A stretch of 64,000 nt of DNA from Longimicrobiales bacterium. Its GTDB lineage: Bacteria; Gemmatimonadota; Gemmatimonadetes; Longimicrobiales; Gaopeijiaceae. The stretch spans positions 128,001 through 192,000 of the forward strand of contig CBDFMQ010000001.1 in the NCBI GenBank assembly GCA_965249725.1, read 5' to 3'. Positions within the stretch are counted from its first letter, which is position 1. Each line of letters begins with the position of its first letter. Positions 40,992-50,548 of the stretch are shown here, piece after piece. The position numbers and the translations under genes were made by a program. Under the pieces are notes generated by a model, which had not been told where the DNA came from, did no database searches, and saw only the letters and a program-made list of their open reading frames with translations.

Positions 40992-41939
40992 CTAAGCCTG
41001 CCTGCTCGAGAGCTCCTTGATCATGTCGGCGGTCATGCTCGCGATGTCGTGTTGAGGTGACCAGCCCCACTCGTCGCGAGCGGCGCTGTCGTCGATCCGA
41101 TGAGGCCAGGAGCGGGCGATCGTCTCCCGGACCGGGTCGACATCATAGTCGATCTCGAAGTCCGGGAGGTGCTTGCGGATCTCCTCCGTGAGCGTCGCGG
41201 GAGCCAGCTGCATGGCTGTGACGTTGAAGGCGTTGCGATGGGCCAGACGGCCGGGGTCCGCCTCCATGATCTCGATGGCGGCGGCGATGGCGTCCGGCAT
41301 GTACATCATGTCGAGCTGCGTATCGGGCCCGAGAAAGCACGTGTACCGGCCCTCTTGGACCGCGTGGTAGAAGATGTCTACGGCCCAATCCGTCGTTCCG
41401 CCGCCCGGTAGCGCACCATGGGAGATCAGGCCCGGATAACGCACTCCTCGCGTGTCCACGCCGTACTTGAGGTGGTAGTAGTCGCAGAGGAGCTCGGCGG
41501 CCACCTTAGTCACACCGTACATGGTCGTGGGCCGCATGATGGTATCCTGCGGTGCGGGATCGCTCGGGGTCGAAGGCCCGAAGACGCCGATGGAGCTGGG
41601 CGTGAAGACCGCACAGCCCTGGTCCCGGGCGACCTCGAGGACCGAGTGGAGCGTGCCCATGTTCACGCGGTAGGCCAGTCTGGGGTCCTTTTCACCCACC
41701 GCAGAGAGGATCGCTGCCAGATGGTAGATCGTGTCCGCACGGTGCCGGATGGTCGCGTGACCCACGGCGTGTTGATCCGTGGCATCGATGACCTCGAATG
41801 GCCCCCCGTGGATGAGTCCGCCTTTTGGGGCCCGGATGTCACTGGCCAGCACCGCCTCTTCGCCGAATCGCTCGCGTAGGGCGGGCACGAGCTCGGAGCC
41901 GATCTGCCCGCCGGCTCCCGTCACCAGGATTCTCTTCAA
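40992..41939 (-). CDS. SDR/epimerase-type L-threonine 3-dehydrogenase
   Basis: GAGGQIG, LSAVGE, PSSIGVFG, YGVTK, GGGTTD and MMYMPD; directly upstream of kbl. Confidence 0.85.
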   Translation of the reverse strand: MKRILVTGAGGQIGSELVPALRERFGEEAVLASDIRAPKGGLIHGGPFEVIDATDQHAVGHATIRHRADTIYHLAAILSAVGEKDPRLAYRVNMGTLHSVLEVARDQGCAVFTPSSIGVFGPSTPSDPAPQDTIMRPTTMYGVTKVAAELLCDYYHLKYGVDTRGVRYPGLISHGALPGGGTTDWAVDIFYHAVQEGRYTCFLGPDTQLDMMYMPDAIAAAIEIMEADPGRLAHRNAFNVTAMQLAPATLTEEIRKHLPDFEIDYDVDPVRETIARSWPHRIDDSAARDEWGWSPQHDIASMTADMIKELSSRQA

Positions 41940-41981
41940 GTGGGCTCTCTATCGTCTAGGGTGTGCGTGTGGGTGTTCACC

Positions 41982-43355
41982 TTAATCGTCCCATCCCATC
42001 CCGGGCAGGATGTCCGATTGTAGCTCGAACATACGGTCGATGAGATGGACGGACTGCCTGTAGGAATGGCAGGTGGGGTCCAGGAGCAGCGCCTGCAACA
42101 GTTTGCTGCGGGAACTCTCCTCGTAGGCCTCCACCAGCAACTTGTTGATACTGACTTGGGTGCGGAGGAGCGCCAGGACGGCCTCGGGCAGGGGACCCAT
42201 CGTCCGGGGTATCAGCCCGTCCGGCCCCACCGTGGCGGGCACCTCAACCACGGCCCCGTCGGGGAGTCCCGGAATCCAGCCCTGGTTGGGCACGTTCACC
42301 GCAGCCAGCTCTCGTTCCACGTCGCAAGCAAGTCCTTCGATGATCGGGATCGCGAGCTCGCCGGACGGCTTGATTTCGCCTCCACTGGTTTCTCGGTCCT
42401 CGCGGGACGGCTTCAGGCGGGCCAGGGGACCGTCGGGGAAGAGGGGAGCGTCGGTCGGATGGTCGGAGAGGTTGTAGAGCCAGGTCGGTACTTCGCCCGT
42501 CTCCCAGGGATCGCCCTCTCTCGGGTCGTAGAAGAACTGAAGTAGGCTACTACCCAGGAAGTTGTCTGCCCAACGGACGTACTCACCGATGTGGTTGGCC
42601 CCGGGAGAGGGGAAGAGCCCGAAGCTGCGAAGCAGGATGCGGCTCAGCGCGATCTCGTCCCAGTCGGAGAGCCAGTGGGCTTCCTTCTCTCGCTGCTTGA
42701 GCCGGGGGTAGAGGTCTTCCCCCGTGCCATGTGAACGCAGTTCCTGAAACCACGTGAAGTGGTTCAGCCCGCAAGCGTACCCGCACAGGTCCTCCTGGGG
42801 ATGCTCCAGGAGACGGCAGACCTGCTCCTTGCCATGGCAAATGCCATGACAGAGCCCCACCACTTTCGTCGAGGTCAAACGGGTTTGACCCTCGCACAAC
42901 TTCGTCAGAGGGTTCGTGTAGTTCAGCAGCCAGGCGTCTGGGCAACGGGCCTCCATCTCTCGAGCGATCTCGATCGAAGGCCCCATGTTCCTGAGTGCAT
43001 GGAAGAGCCCACCGGGGCCGCCGTTCTCCCCGTAGATCTGCTTGAAGCCGAAGGTCCGAGGGACGTGGAAGTCTTGAGCCCAGTAGAAGTAGCGATTCAC
43101 TTCGATGGCCATGACCACGAAGTCCGCGCCGTCGAGTGCTTTTGCCAGGTCCGTGGTGCTGGATACCGCGTGGCTTCGATCCGTCCGGCTCGACAACGAC
43201 TCGGCATACGCCTGAGTGGTGGCCAGCTCTTCGGCGTCCAGGTCCATGAGTGTCACTTCGACGTCTCGCTCGGCGAGAGCTTCACTCAGGTATATGTCCC
43301 GCAGGGTGGCCGGTCCGAACTCTCGGCTGCCCGCGCCCACCAGTACGATCTTCAA
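41982..43355 (-). CDS. Family 4 glycoside hydrolase (NAD+/Mn2+-dependent, alpha-galactosidase-like)
   Basis: KIVLVGAGS, GENGPGG, NYTNP, GLCHG and GLNHFTW. Confidence 0.9.
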   Translation of the reverse strand: MKIVLVGAGSREFGPATLRDIYLSEALAERDVEVTLMDLDAEELATTQAYAESLSSRTDRSHAVSSTTDLAKALDGADFVVMAIEVNRYFYWAQDFHVPRTFGFKQIYGENGGPGGLFHALRNMGPSIEIAREMEARCPDAWLLNYTNPLTKLCEGQTRLTSTKVVGLCHGICHGKEQVCRLLEHPQEDLCGYACGLNHFTWFQELRSHGTGEDLYPRLKQREKEAHWLSDWDEIALSRILLRSFGLFPSPGANHIGEYVRWADNFLGSSLLQFFYDPREGDPWETGEVPTWLYNLSDHPTDAPLFPDGPLARLKPSREDRETSGGEIKPSGELAIPIIEGLACDVERELAAVNVPNQGWIPGLPDGAVVEVPATVGPDGLIPRTMGPLPEAVLALLRTQVSINKLLVEAYEESSRSKLLQALLLDPTCHSYRQSVHLIDRMFELQSDILPGMGWDD

Positions 43356-43383
43356 GCCGTGTCTCTCTCGGTCGTTTCAGTAG

Positions 43384-45213
43384 TCAGCCGCCCACCGGAG
43401 CGGTGGTCGGCTCGGGCCCCGCGTCGTCCGCTACCTGAGCCGTGGCGACGCTCAAAGTAACGAATCCCGTCAAGACGCCCAGCAGCAGCAAAGCACTCCC
43501 GGAGCCGGTGCGTCCCGTGAGCAGATGTCCGATCCCCACGAGGGAAGCGTACAGGAACACCATGCCGGCGGCAAAGCCGATCCAGCGTCGGCCAGCCGGC
43601 AGTCCCCCCACCACGACATCGTCGCACCGCGCGGCCACTGGCCCCCACCATCCGCCGGGTCGGACGGTCCGGTAGAAGTGGTCCAGGTGCCCGTCGGCAT
43701 CGGGCCGTGTGACGTGGGCGACGACGACCCAGACGACGGTGCACACCACCAGGATCAACAGCGCGCGGACGAAGTCGTAATCGGCTGAGTAGAACCGCTC
43801 GACCGAGCCGATGGATGCTTCCCCGAGCAGGCCGAATCGTGCGGCCGCGCGTGTCCAGATCGCGCCGTTGGCCAGCACCACGGAGCCGGCCATGGCCGCG
43901 ATCTCGGCCCACGCGTTCACCCGCCACCAATACCACCGGAGGAGCCACACGAGTGCGACCCCCGCGGTCAACTCGATCACATAGATCCAGGCGCCCTCGA
44001 TGGTCTCCATCTGCCAGGCGGCGAAGGCGGCCGCGACGGCCAAGAGCCCGACGGAGACCCGGGCCGCCAGGACGTAGTGCCCGGCATCGGCGTCCGTCCG
44101 AATGAACCGACGGTACACGTCGTTCACCAGATACGACGCGCCCCAGCAAAGGTGCGTGTCCATGGTGCTCATGAAGGCAGCCAGGAACGACGCCACCATG
44201 AGTCCCCGGAGACCGGTGGGCATGAGTTCCACGATCATCATCGGGTACGCGAGCTCGGGATCGGCGGCCAACTCCGGAATCGCGGTCGCCACCGGGAGCA
44301 CGAGAAGCGATCCCAACCCGACCACGACCCAGGGCCAGGTCATGAGGATCGTTCCCGCCAGCGCGAACCAAAGGGCCGAGAGGGCCGATTGCCTCTCGTT
44401 GCGGGTCGCGAAGAGCCGCTGGGCTAGATAGCCGTCTCCCTGTCCGCTCCGCGTCCATAGGAACAGGATGAGACAGAGAAAAGAGGCGAACTCCAGCGGG
44501 CTCAGGTGCGCGGCGTTGGGGAGAACGTCCAGCGTGCCGGGGGGTGCATCAGGGAGTGCGCGGATGCCGTCGGCCATGGCACGGGGACCCCCTAGCCGGA
44601 CCAGCACGAGTCCCGCCAAGACCAATGAGCCCGTCATGCCCGCCACGAACTGCAGCAAGTCGGTCACTACGACTCCCCAGAGCCCCGACGCGACCGTGTA
44701 GACGAGTGCGAGCGACACGCACACAACCAGCGTAAACGTGGCATCCCAACCCAACAGGACTTGGCTGAACTTCACCATGGCGAGCATCACCCAGCCCATG
44801 ACGACACAGTTCTTGAGGAGCCCCTGGTAGAGGGCGGAGAATCCTCGAAGGAACGACGCCGGACGACCCGAGTAGCGGAGCTCGATGAACTCGGCGTCGG
44901 TAAGGACGGCAGCCCGTCGCCAGAGGCGAGCGTAGAAAAAGACCAAGAGCATGATGCCCGCTGCCTCGTACCACCACAGCCAATTGGCGTAGATACCGCG
45001 TTGGCGGACCAGGGATGCCGTGGCCAGGGGTGCGTCGGTCGCGAACCAGGTCGCCGCGATGGAAGTGCCGGCGACCCACCAGGGGAGGGTGCGGCCTGCT
45101 ACGAAGTATTCCTCTATGCTCTGGCCGGCCCTTCGAGTGAACCAAAAGCCGATGGTGAGGGTGATGGCTCCGTAGACCGCCACCACCACCCAGTCCGCCG
45201 CGACCAGCTGCAT
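43384..45213 (-). CDS. Sodium:solute symporter (SSS family)
   Basis: EEYFVAGRTLPWW, EFIELRY, GLWGVVVTD, YLAQR and AAFMST. Confidence 0.92.
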   Translation of the reverse strand: MQLVAADWVVVAVYGAITLTIGFWFTRRAGQSIEEYFVAGRTLPWWVAGTSIAATWFATDAPLATASLVRQRGIYANWLWWYEAAGIMLLVFFYARLWRRAAVLTDAEFIELRYSGRPASFLRGFSALYQGLLKNCVVMGWVMLAMVKFSQVLLGWDATFTLVVCVSLALVYTVASGLWGVVVTDLLQFVAGMTGSLVLAGLVLVRLGGPRAMADGIRALPDAPPGTLDVLPNAAHLSPLEFASFLCLILFLWTRSGQGDGYLAQRLFATRNERQSALSALWFALAGTILMTWPWVVVGLGSLLVLPVATAIPELAADPELAYPMMIVELMPTGLRGLMVASFLAAFMSTMDTHLCWGASYLVNDVYRRFIRTDADAGHYVLAARVSVGLLAVAAAFAAWQMETIEGAWIYVIELTAGVALVWLLRWYWWRVNAWAEIAAMAGSVVLANGAIWTRAAARFGLLGEASIGSVERFYSADYDFVRALLILVVCTVVWVVVAHVTRPDADGHLDHFYRTVRPGGWWGPVAARCDDVVVGGLPAGRRWIGFAAGMVFLYASLVGIGHLLTGRTGSGSALLLLGVLTGFVTLSVATAQVADDAGPEPTTAPVGG

Positions 45214-45224
45214 CTGCTGCCGCT

Positions 45225-45981
45225 CTACACCATGAGATCGCCGCCGGCGATGTCATAAGCCGAGCCGGTGATGTAGCCCGCGGCGTCCGACGCGAGGAAG
45301 CAGACCAGGTCGGCGACTTCCTCCGGCTTTCCGAGGCGGTTGATCGGAAAGCCGGTACGATAGTCCTCCAGTCTCTCGGGCGTGGTGTTCTCGTGGGCCA
45401 TTTCTGTATCGATCAGGCCCGGGCACACGGCGTTCACCGTGATGCCGTGAGGCGCCAGCTCGAGGGCACACGCTCGAGTCAGACCGAGCACGCCGTGCTT
45501 GGAGGCCGTGTAGTGTGCTCCCCCCAGAGTGCTCACGGTTTTCCCGGCGGTAGAAGCCAGGTTGACGATGCGCCCGTACCCCTTGTCCGATCATCGAACT
45601 GATCGCGGCCTGGGTGCAAAAGAAGGCCCCTGTGAGGTTCACATCGAGGGTCTTTCGCCACTCCTCTTCGGAGATGTCCTCGAGGCGCGTGGGGAAGAGG
45701 ATCCCTGCGTTGTTCACGAGGATGTCTAGGTGTCCGAAGTGCTCCAGGATGTCCCGGACCATCCGACGGACCGAGTCCGACGAGGTCACGTCGGCGGGCA
45801 CGGCCAGCACGTTCGAATCGGTCTCCATGGCCGCACGCGTCGTGGCTTCTGCATCGAGGTCGTTCAGAGCGACGGACGTTCCCAGTTCGTGGAGGCGCCC
45901 GGCGATCGCTCTGCCCATGCCTCGGGCGGCTCCGGTGACCAACGCTACGCGACCGTCCAATCGACTGACTACGCCCTCCAT
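45225..45981 (-). pseudogene. SDR oxidoreductase (FabG-like) with +1 frameshift in a G4 run at 45579-45582
   Basis: TGAARGMG and NNAG lie in one frame; removing one G restores GYGRIVNLASTAGK...YTASKHG...NAVCPG. Confidence 0.82.
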
Positions 45982-46276
45982 CCGGCCTCCGGTTCCGTGA
46001 TCGACCCTGGGAAGATCGAGCCTGCTGGTGTGTTACTCGTCCGGGACCGCACCCGGGACGAAAGTGGCCCTCATCATGTCCGTGGCTCGCATCACGCGCC
46101 ACCCCATCGACGGCGGGAGATGGGCCGGGATCGTCGGACCTGGCCAATTCGGCTGCGGGTGTGCTGGGCGTCTGGCCACCAAGGCTGGAGAGCCGCATTA
46201 TTGAGACCCTTTTTCCGGGTCCGCCCGCCTATGATCGGACCCGACGCATGGCTGCTTCACGGATGGGAGGACGGCA

Positions 46277-47062
46277 ATGGCTTCTTCACCGCATGGACGC
46301 TTCGTCTGGTACGAGATGATGACGGTAGACAAGGACCCCACGACGGACTTCTACAAGAACGTCGTCGGGTGGGACTCACAGGACTGGGAAGGCTCGGATC
46401 CGGCGTACACCATGTTCACGGTTGGAGAGTCCATGAGGGCAGGCATCATGGATCTTCCGGAGGAGGCCCGAGCCGGCGGCGCTCCGCCCCATTGGCTCGG
46501 CTACGTCTCTTGTCCCGACACGGATGCGACCGTGGAGCAGGCGAAAGGCCTTGGCGGTCAGGTCCTGGTCGAGCCCATGTCGATTCCGGAGGTGGGGCGT
46601 ATGGCCGTGCTGTGTGACCCCCAGGGCGCAGTCTTCGCGGTCTTCACGGCCGAGACCGAGTCCCCTGGGCGTGAGGGCGCTCCAGAGGTCGGTGAGTTCT
46701 CGTGGCACGAGCTCACTACTTCTGACCACGAGGCCGCCTTCGAGTTCTACTCGGCGCTGTTCGGGTGGGAGAAGACCACCGCGATGGAGATGGGGGAGCA
46801 GGGCACGTATCAGATGTACGGGACCGGCGAGCGCGAGCTCGGGGGCATGTACAACCTGCACTCCGACATTCCAGCCCCACCGCACTGGCTGCTGTACGTC
46901 AGGGTTGCCGACCTGGACACGTCCATCGAAACCCTGAAGTCGTTGGGTGGCCAGGTGCTCAACGGGCCCATGGACGTACCCGACGGTGATCGGGTCGCAC
47001 AGTGCATGGACCCACAAGGCGCGGCCTTCGCGCTGCACGAGCGGGCTGGAGGCGCAGGGTAG
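46277..47062 (+). CDS. Two-domain VOC/glyoxalase protein (CFP32-like)
   Basis: Duplicated GxFxWxEL...FY...GW, PHWLxY and DPQGAxF modules. Confidence 0.9.
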   Translation: MASSPHGRFVWYEMMTVDKDPTTDFYKNVVGWDSQDWEGSDPAYTMFTVGESMRAGIMDLPEEARAGGAPPHWLGYVSCPDTDATVEQAKGLGGQVLVEPMSIPEVGRMAVLCDPQGAVFAVFTAETESPGREGAPEVGEFSWHELTTSDHEAAFEFYSALFGWEKTTAMEMGEQGTYQMYGTGERELGGMYNLHSDIPAPPHWLLYVRVADLDTSIETLKSLGGQVLNGPMDVPDGDRVAQCMDPQGAAFALHERAGGAG

Positions 47063-47126
47063 GCCCCCAACCGCTCGGCACGACCGGCCGACCCGTTGGC
47101 GAGGGCAACCTTTTCGGCGGTCGCGA

Positions 47127-47158
47127 CCCCGGCCTGGTGGGCAGCCACCAGGCCGGGG
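47127..47158. terminator. Perfect 14-bp inverted repeat between convergent genes
   Basis: CCCCGGCCTGGTGG-GCAG-CCACCAGGCCGGGG. Confidence 0.6.
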
Positions 47159-47167
47159 AGCCGGGCA

Positions 47168-47884
47168 TCAGCCTCCGAAGGTGAACTCGAGTGCCACGGG
47201 CTGATCCGCCAGTACAGTGACCCGCTGTGTCTGGGTGCCCAACGTCGGATGCCGAGCTTCGACCACGTAGTCACCCGGCGGTAGGTCCGCTAGAGAGAAT
47301 CCCCCGTCCTCGCCGGTGGTTGCCCAGAAGGGATGGTCGAGCACCAGGACTGTGGTCTCCATCCATCCATGGATGTCGCAGGCGACTCTGATCGGAAGCT
47401 CGGGATCGGCGAAGACCTTTCGGCTCTCGAGGCCCTTCAGAGGCTGACCGATATTGAAGCCCCGATTCACCTCGGGGAATGCATGAACGTTGTGCAGCGT
47501 GGCATCGCTGTTCCGGATGACCAACGTCTGGCCCGCTTGAAGCGGCAGGACCAGAGGGTCGTACATGCACCCGCTCTGATCCAGCAACACCTCTTCCCCC
47601 GGGGTCTCGTACTCTCCGCGGACGCCCTCTGTGACGTAGACGGCGACGTCGGCCAAGCCTCCGCTCGCGCCGACGCGTACGGATGACACGCTCGGAGACT
47701 CCCCACCATGCGCTTCCACGCAATAGTCGTCGCCCGTCATGTCCACCACCTCCGCCGCAGGAGGCATCCCCTCGAACCGCACCGTACCCGTCACCGCTAT
47801 CGATGACGGGGAGGCGACGCTCTGCGACCACGCGAGGCCGAGCGCTGCACCCGATATGGCCATTCCGGCCAGTAACCCTTTCAT
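47168..47884 (-). CDS. Exported cupredoxin-like protein within a carboxypeptidase-regulatory-like beta-sandwich
   Basis: Signal peptide; NSDATLHNVH and ACDIHGWM give His/Cys/His/Met type-1 Cu ligands; GGFSLADLPPGDYVVEA. Confidence 0.78.
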   Translation of the reverse strand: MKGLLAGMAISGAALGLAWSQSVASPSSIAVTGTVRFEGMPPAAEVVDMTGDDYCVEAHGGESPSVSSVRVGASGGLADVAVYVTEGVRGEYETPGEEVLLDQSGCMYDPLVLPLQAGQTLVIRNSDATLHNVHAFPEVNRGFNIGQPLKGLESRKVFADPELPIRVACDIHGWMETTVLVLDHPFWATTGEDGGFSLADLPPGDYVVEARHPTLGTQTQRVTVLADQPVALEFTFGG

Positions 47885-47886
47885 CT

Positions 47887-49014
47887 CTACCATCCTTCGA
47901 AGAATCCGCCGTCGAACCAATCCCACAGGATGTACACGATCAACTGACTGGACCGAAGGTCGGCGTCGGTCACCGGCACCCTCAGCCCGATGTTGGCGAG
48001 GACATGCTGCCGGGTGTTGAGACTCACCTGGATCTGAGGCACGATATCCCAATCCACGGGAGTGGCGTCATCCTCGAATTCCGCCGTACCGAGAACCTCG
48101 ACCATCGGGCTCCAGCTCCGCCCGAATGCTCCCTGAGTAAGGGTCCACCCGAAGGCTCCGCGCCACTTTGCTTCACGTGCCGCCTGTCCGTCGGCCGGTA
48201 GCTCGCCGATGGCCTGCAGCTGGAAGAATCCGTCTCCGGCAACGATCTGACCGTAGGCCAAGTAGCCCTCGAAGACGGTCGTACCTTTCCCCAAGCCCGT
48301 GTCTTCGTCACCCAGCGGCAACTTCACCTCGGCACCCGCGCTCACGATCGAACCGGACGAGAGGCTCGAGAAGAGATTCTGCTTGACGCCCAAGGTCACG
48401 TCCCGGATTCCGGCGTCCCAGTCGTCGCCCGCGCTCTGCTCTACCGCACCGACCGGAAGCTTGATTTCGATCTGCGTTCTAGGACCGAAGCGTTTCTCGT
48501 ATAGGAACTCGACGGTGGCGGCACCCGGATTCTCGGTGTTCATGGTGAACGTGCTGACCGCCTCGTCCTCCGGGAATGCCTTCTCGGTTACCAGCGCACG
48601 GGGAAGGTTGAGTTCGCCTCTGGGCCAGCGATCATCCGTGCACATCGTTCGGATGTAGTCCATGGCGAGCTGGATCAGGTCCTCGGAGAGGGCATCTCCG
48701 AACGCCGGCATCGTCTCCGAGAAGCCGCGGACCGGGCCTCCTTGGTGGGCCACGGCGATCCAATCTCCATCGGGTTCGCGAGACGCGAAGCTGCAATCGG
48801 TGAAGTCCGGCACTGGATCGTCGAACGATATCTCTTCCGGGTTGGGGCCGGCGCCATCCGATCCATGGCACTTGGCGCAAGCCGCCTCGTAGAGTTCTTC
48901 GGGCGTGAATTCCTGGGCCACGGCTGAGCGCGCGAAGACACCTCCCGCAAGGCAGACAACCAGGATTGCGGACCACTGAATCAACATCTTGTGCGGGCCT
49001 CCCACGTCACGCAT
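47887..49014 (-). CDS. Monoheme cytochrome c fused to an outer-membrane beta-barrel
   Basis: AAGGAG RBS; signal AVA-Q; CAKCH plus MPAF axial Met; amphipathic strands (GIRDVTLGVKQ, AGAEVKLPLG, LANIGLRVP); C-terminal aromatic residue (FFEGW). Confidence 0.8.
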   Translation of the reverse strand: MRDVGGPHKMLIQWSAILVVCLAGGVFARSAVAQEFTPEELYEAACAKCHGSDGAGPNPEEISFDDPVPDFTDCSFASREPDGDWIAVAHQGGPVRGFSETMPAFGDALSEDLIQLAMDYIRTMCTDDRWPRGELNLPRALVTEKAFPEDEAVSTFTMNTENPGAATVEFLYEKRFGPRTQIEIKLPVGAVEQSAGDDWDAGIRDVTLGVKQNLFSSLSSGSIVSAGAEVKLPLGDEDTGLGKGTTVFEGYLAYGQIVAGDGFFQLQAIGELPADGQAAREAKWRGAFGWTLTQGAFGRSWSPMVEVLGTAEFEDDATPVDWDIVPQIQVSLNTRQHVLANIGLRVPVTDADLRSSQLIVYILWDWFDGGFFEGW

Positions 49015-49319
49015 GTGCAGGCTCCTTAGAAGCTCGGGTGCTCTGGGTCGAGTTCCCGCTTGGTGTCGGTTTGGCTGCTATGTTGGTTCTGTAAAGATGA
49101 CACGGTAACCGAGCCCCGTGTTAGATCGAGAGGCGCCTGTTTCGGACGTACCCGGTGCCCGGCGAAGTCGGCCGGGCGGAGCCTCCTTAACGCTACCGGG
49201 GTCTTGGTTGTCCATTGGACACGGTATCGCGAGCTTCAGCTTCCTCAGCGGAATGCGGCCCGAGTCTCGGGGAGCCGCACGATGAGATAGCAGTGGACCG
49301 ATATGGATGACACCGCTCG

Positions 49320-49832
49320 ATGAGCACGACTCCCTCCAATAGCGATGCCGGCCCGGCACGACCGGCTCTGCCCGCCGTGGAACCATGGCGCCGCCTCGCG
49401 TTGTATCTACTCCTAGTCGGCACCGCCGGAGTGGCCGTCGAGTTGGTCTTGATGGAGCACTATGAAGATGTTTGGCAGTGGACGCCGATCGCTCTACTCG
49501 GGGGTGGACTCGTGCTTGGAGCATTGATCGTCTTTCGCCCACGCCGTATCGCTGTGCGGATGTTCCGAGGACTGATGGCCGTCTACGTGTTCTCGGCCGG
49601 CCTGGGCATCTACTTCCACCTGAAAGCGAACGTGGAGTTCGAGTTGGAACTCCGGCCGACGATGGGTGGATCCGAGTTGATCATTGAGACCCTGAAGGGA
49701 GCCATGCCCGCTTTGGCGCCCGGAGCGATGCTCCAATTGGGACTGCTCGGCTTGCTGATAGGATTCCGGCACCCGGCGTTCGCTGCGGTCGAGCCTGATA
49801 TGAAGACACCAAACACAGTGGAGAATCGATAA
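49320..49832 (+). CDS. 4-TM membrane protein with His/Glu motifs
   Basis: Four hydrophobic helices; ELVLMEHYE, YFHLKANVEFELE and PALAPG; TAATG coupling to the next gene. Confidence 0.72.
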   Translation: MSTTPSNSDAGPARPALPAVEPWRRLALYLLLVGTAGVAVELVLMEHYEDVWQWTPIALLGGGLVLGALIVFRPRRIAVRMFRGLMAVYVFSAGLGIYFHLKANVEFELELRPTMGGSELIIETLKGAMPALAPGAMLQLGLLGLLIGFRHPAFAAVEPDMKTPNTVENR

Positions 49833-50470
49833 TGTACTCACCACCTCGCACACTGATGGCCCTCGTGGTCGGAAGCCTGACCATCGTCGCGCCGGCGGCG
49901 GCCCAGGTCGGACCAAACCTGGGTCTCTTGAACCCCAACCTTGCGAGTGCCGACGAGCTCGGGACAGTCCCGGGGCTGAACGGGGAGGCCGTCGAGGCGA
50001 TCATGGACTCACGCCCGTTCCTTCGGATGAGCGACCTGCACGCCGTTGTGGCCCGATTTGCAGGGGAGGGTCAGCATGACGCCGTGTACGGCGCCATGTG
50101 GCTACCGATCGATCTCAACGACGTCACGAACGAAGAGATCTTGCTCATTCCGGGAGTCGGAGAGCGGATGCTACACGAGTTCGAGGAATACCGCCCGTAT
50201 GAGGCGCTCCTCCGATTTGACCGCGAGATCGACAAGTATGTCGATGATGCAGAACTGGCCCGCTTGGAGCAGTACGTCTACGTCCGCATTGACCTCAATT
50301 CGGCGTCCGAAGAGGACATTCTGAGCATCCCGGGCATCGGGAGCCGGATGCTACACGAGTTCGAGGAATATCGGCCTTATGTGGCGATGGCCCAGTTCCG
50401 TCGCGAGATGGCCAAGTACGTGGACGACGACGAGGTCGAGCGGATGGCACGGTATGTAGAGGTCCGTTAG
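49832..50470 (+). CDS. Secreted helix-hairpin-helix repeat protein (ComEA/PsbU-like fold, about 3 x 60 aa)
   Basis: Signal AAA-Q; repeated (I/L)(D/N)xNxxxxxE/D..IPGxG units; RMLHEFEEYRPY occurs twice. Confidence 0.78.
   Translation: MYSPPRTLMALVVGSLTIVAPAAAQVGPNLGLLNPNLASADELGTVPGLNGEAVEAIMDSRPFLRMSDLHAVVARFAGEGQHDAVYGAMWLPIDLNDVTNEEILLIPGVGERMLHEFEEYRPYEALLRFDREIDKYVDDAELARLEQYVYVRIDLNSASEEDILSIPGIGSRMLHEFEEYRPYVAMAQFRREMAKYVDDDEVERMARYVEVR
50165..50370 (+). repeat. Identical 26-nt direct repeat, 180 nt apart, inside the HhH gene
   Basis: CGGATGCTACACGAGTTCGAGGAATA at 50165-50190 and 50345-50370. Confidence 0.9.
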
Positions 50471-50548
50471 CTACCCGGTCTACTCCAGGCTTTGCTCCGC
50501 GCCGTTGGCTGAAGTAGCCTTGTGCGGCGCACTTGTCAGGAGGTCGCA

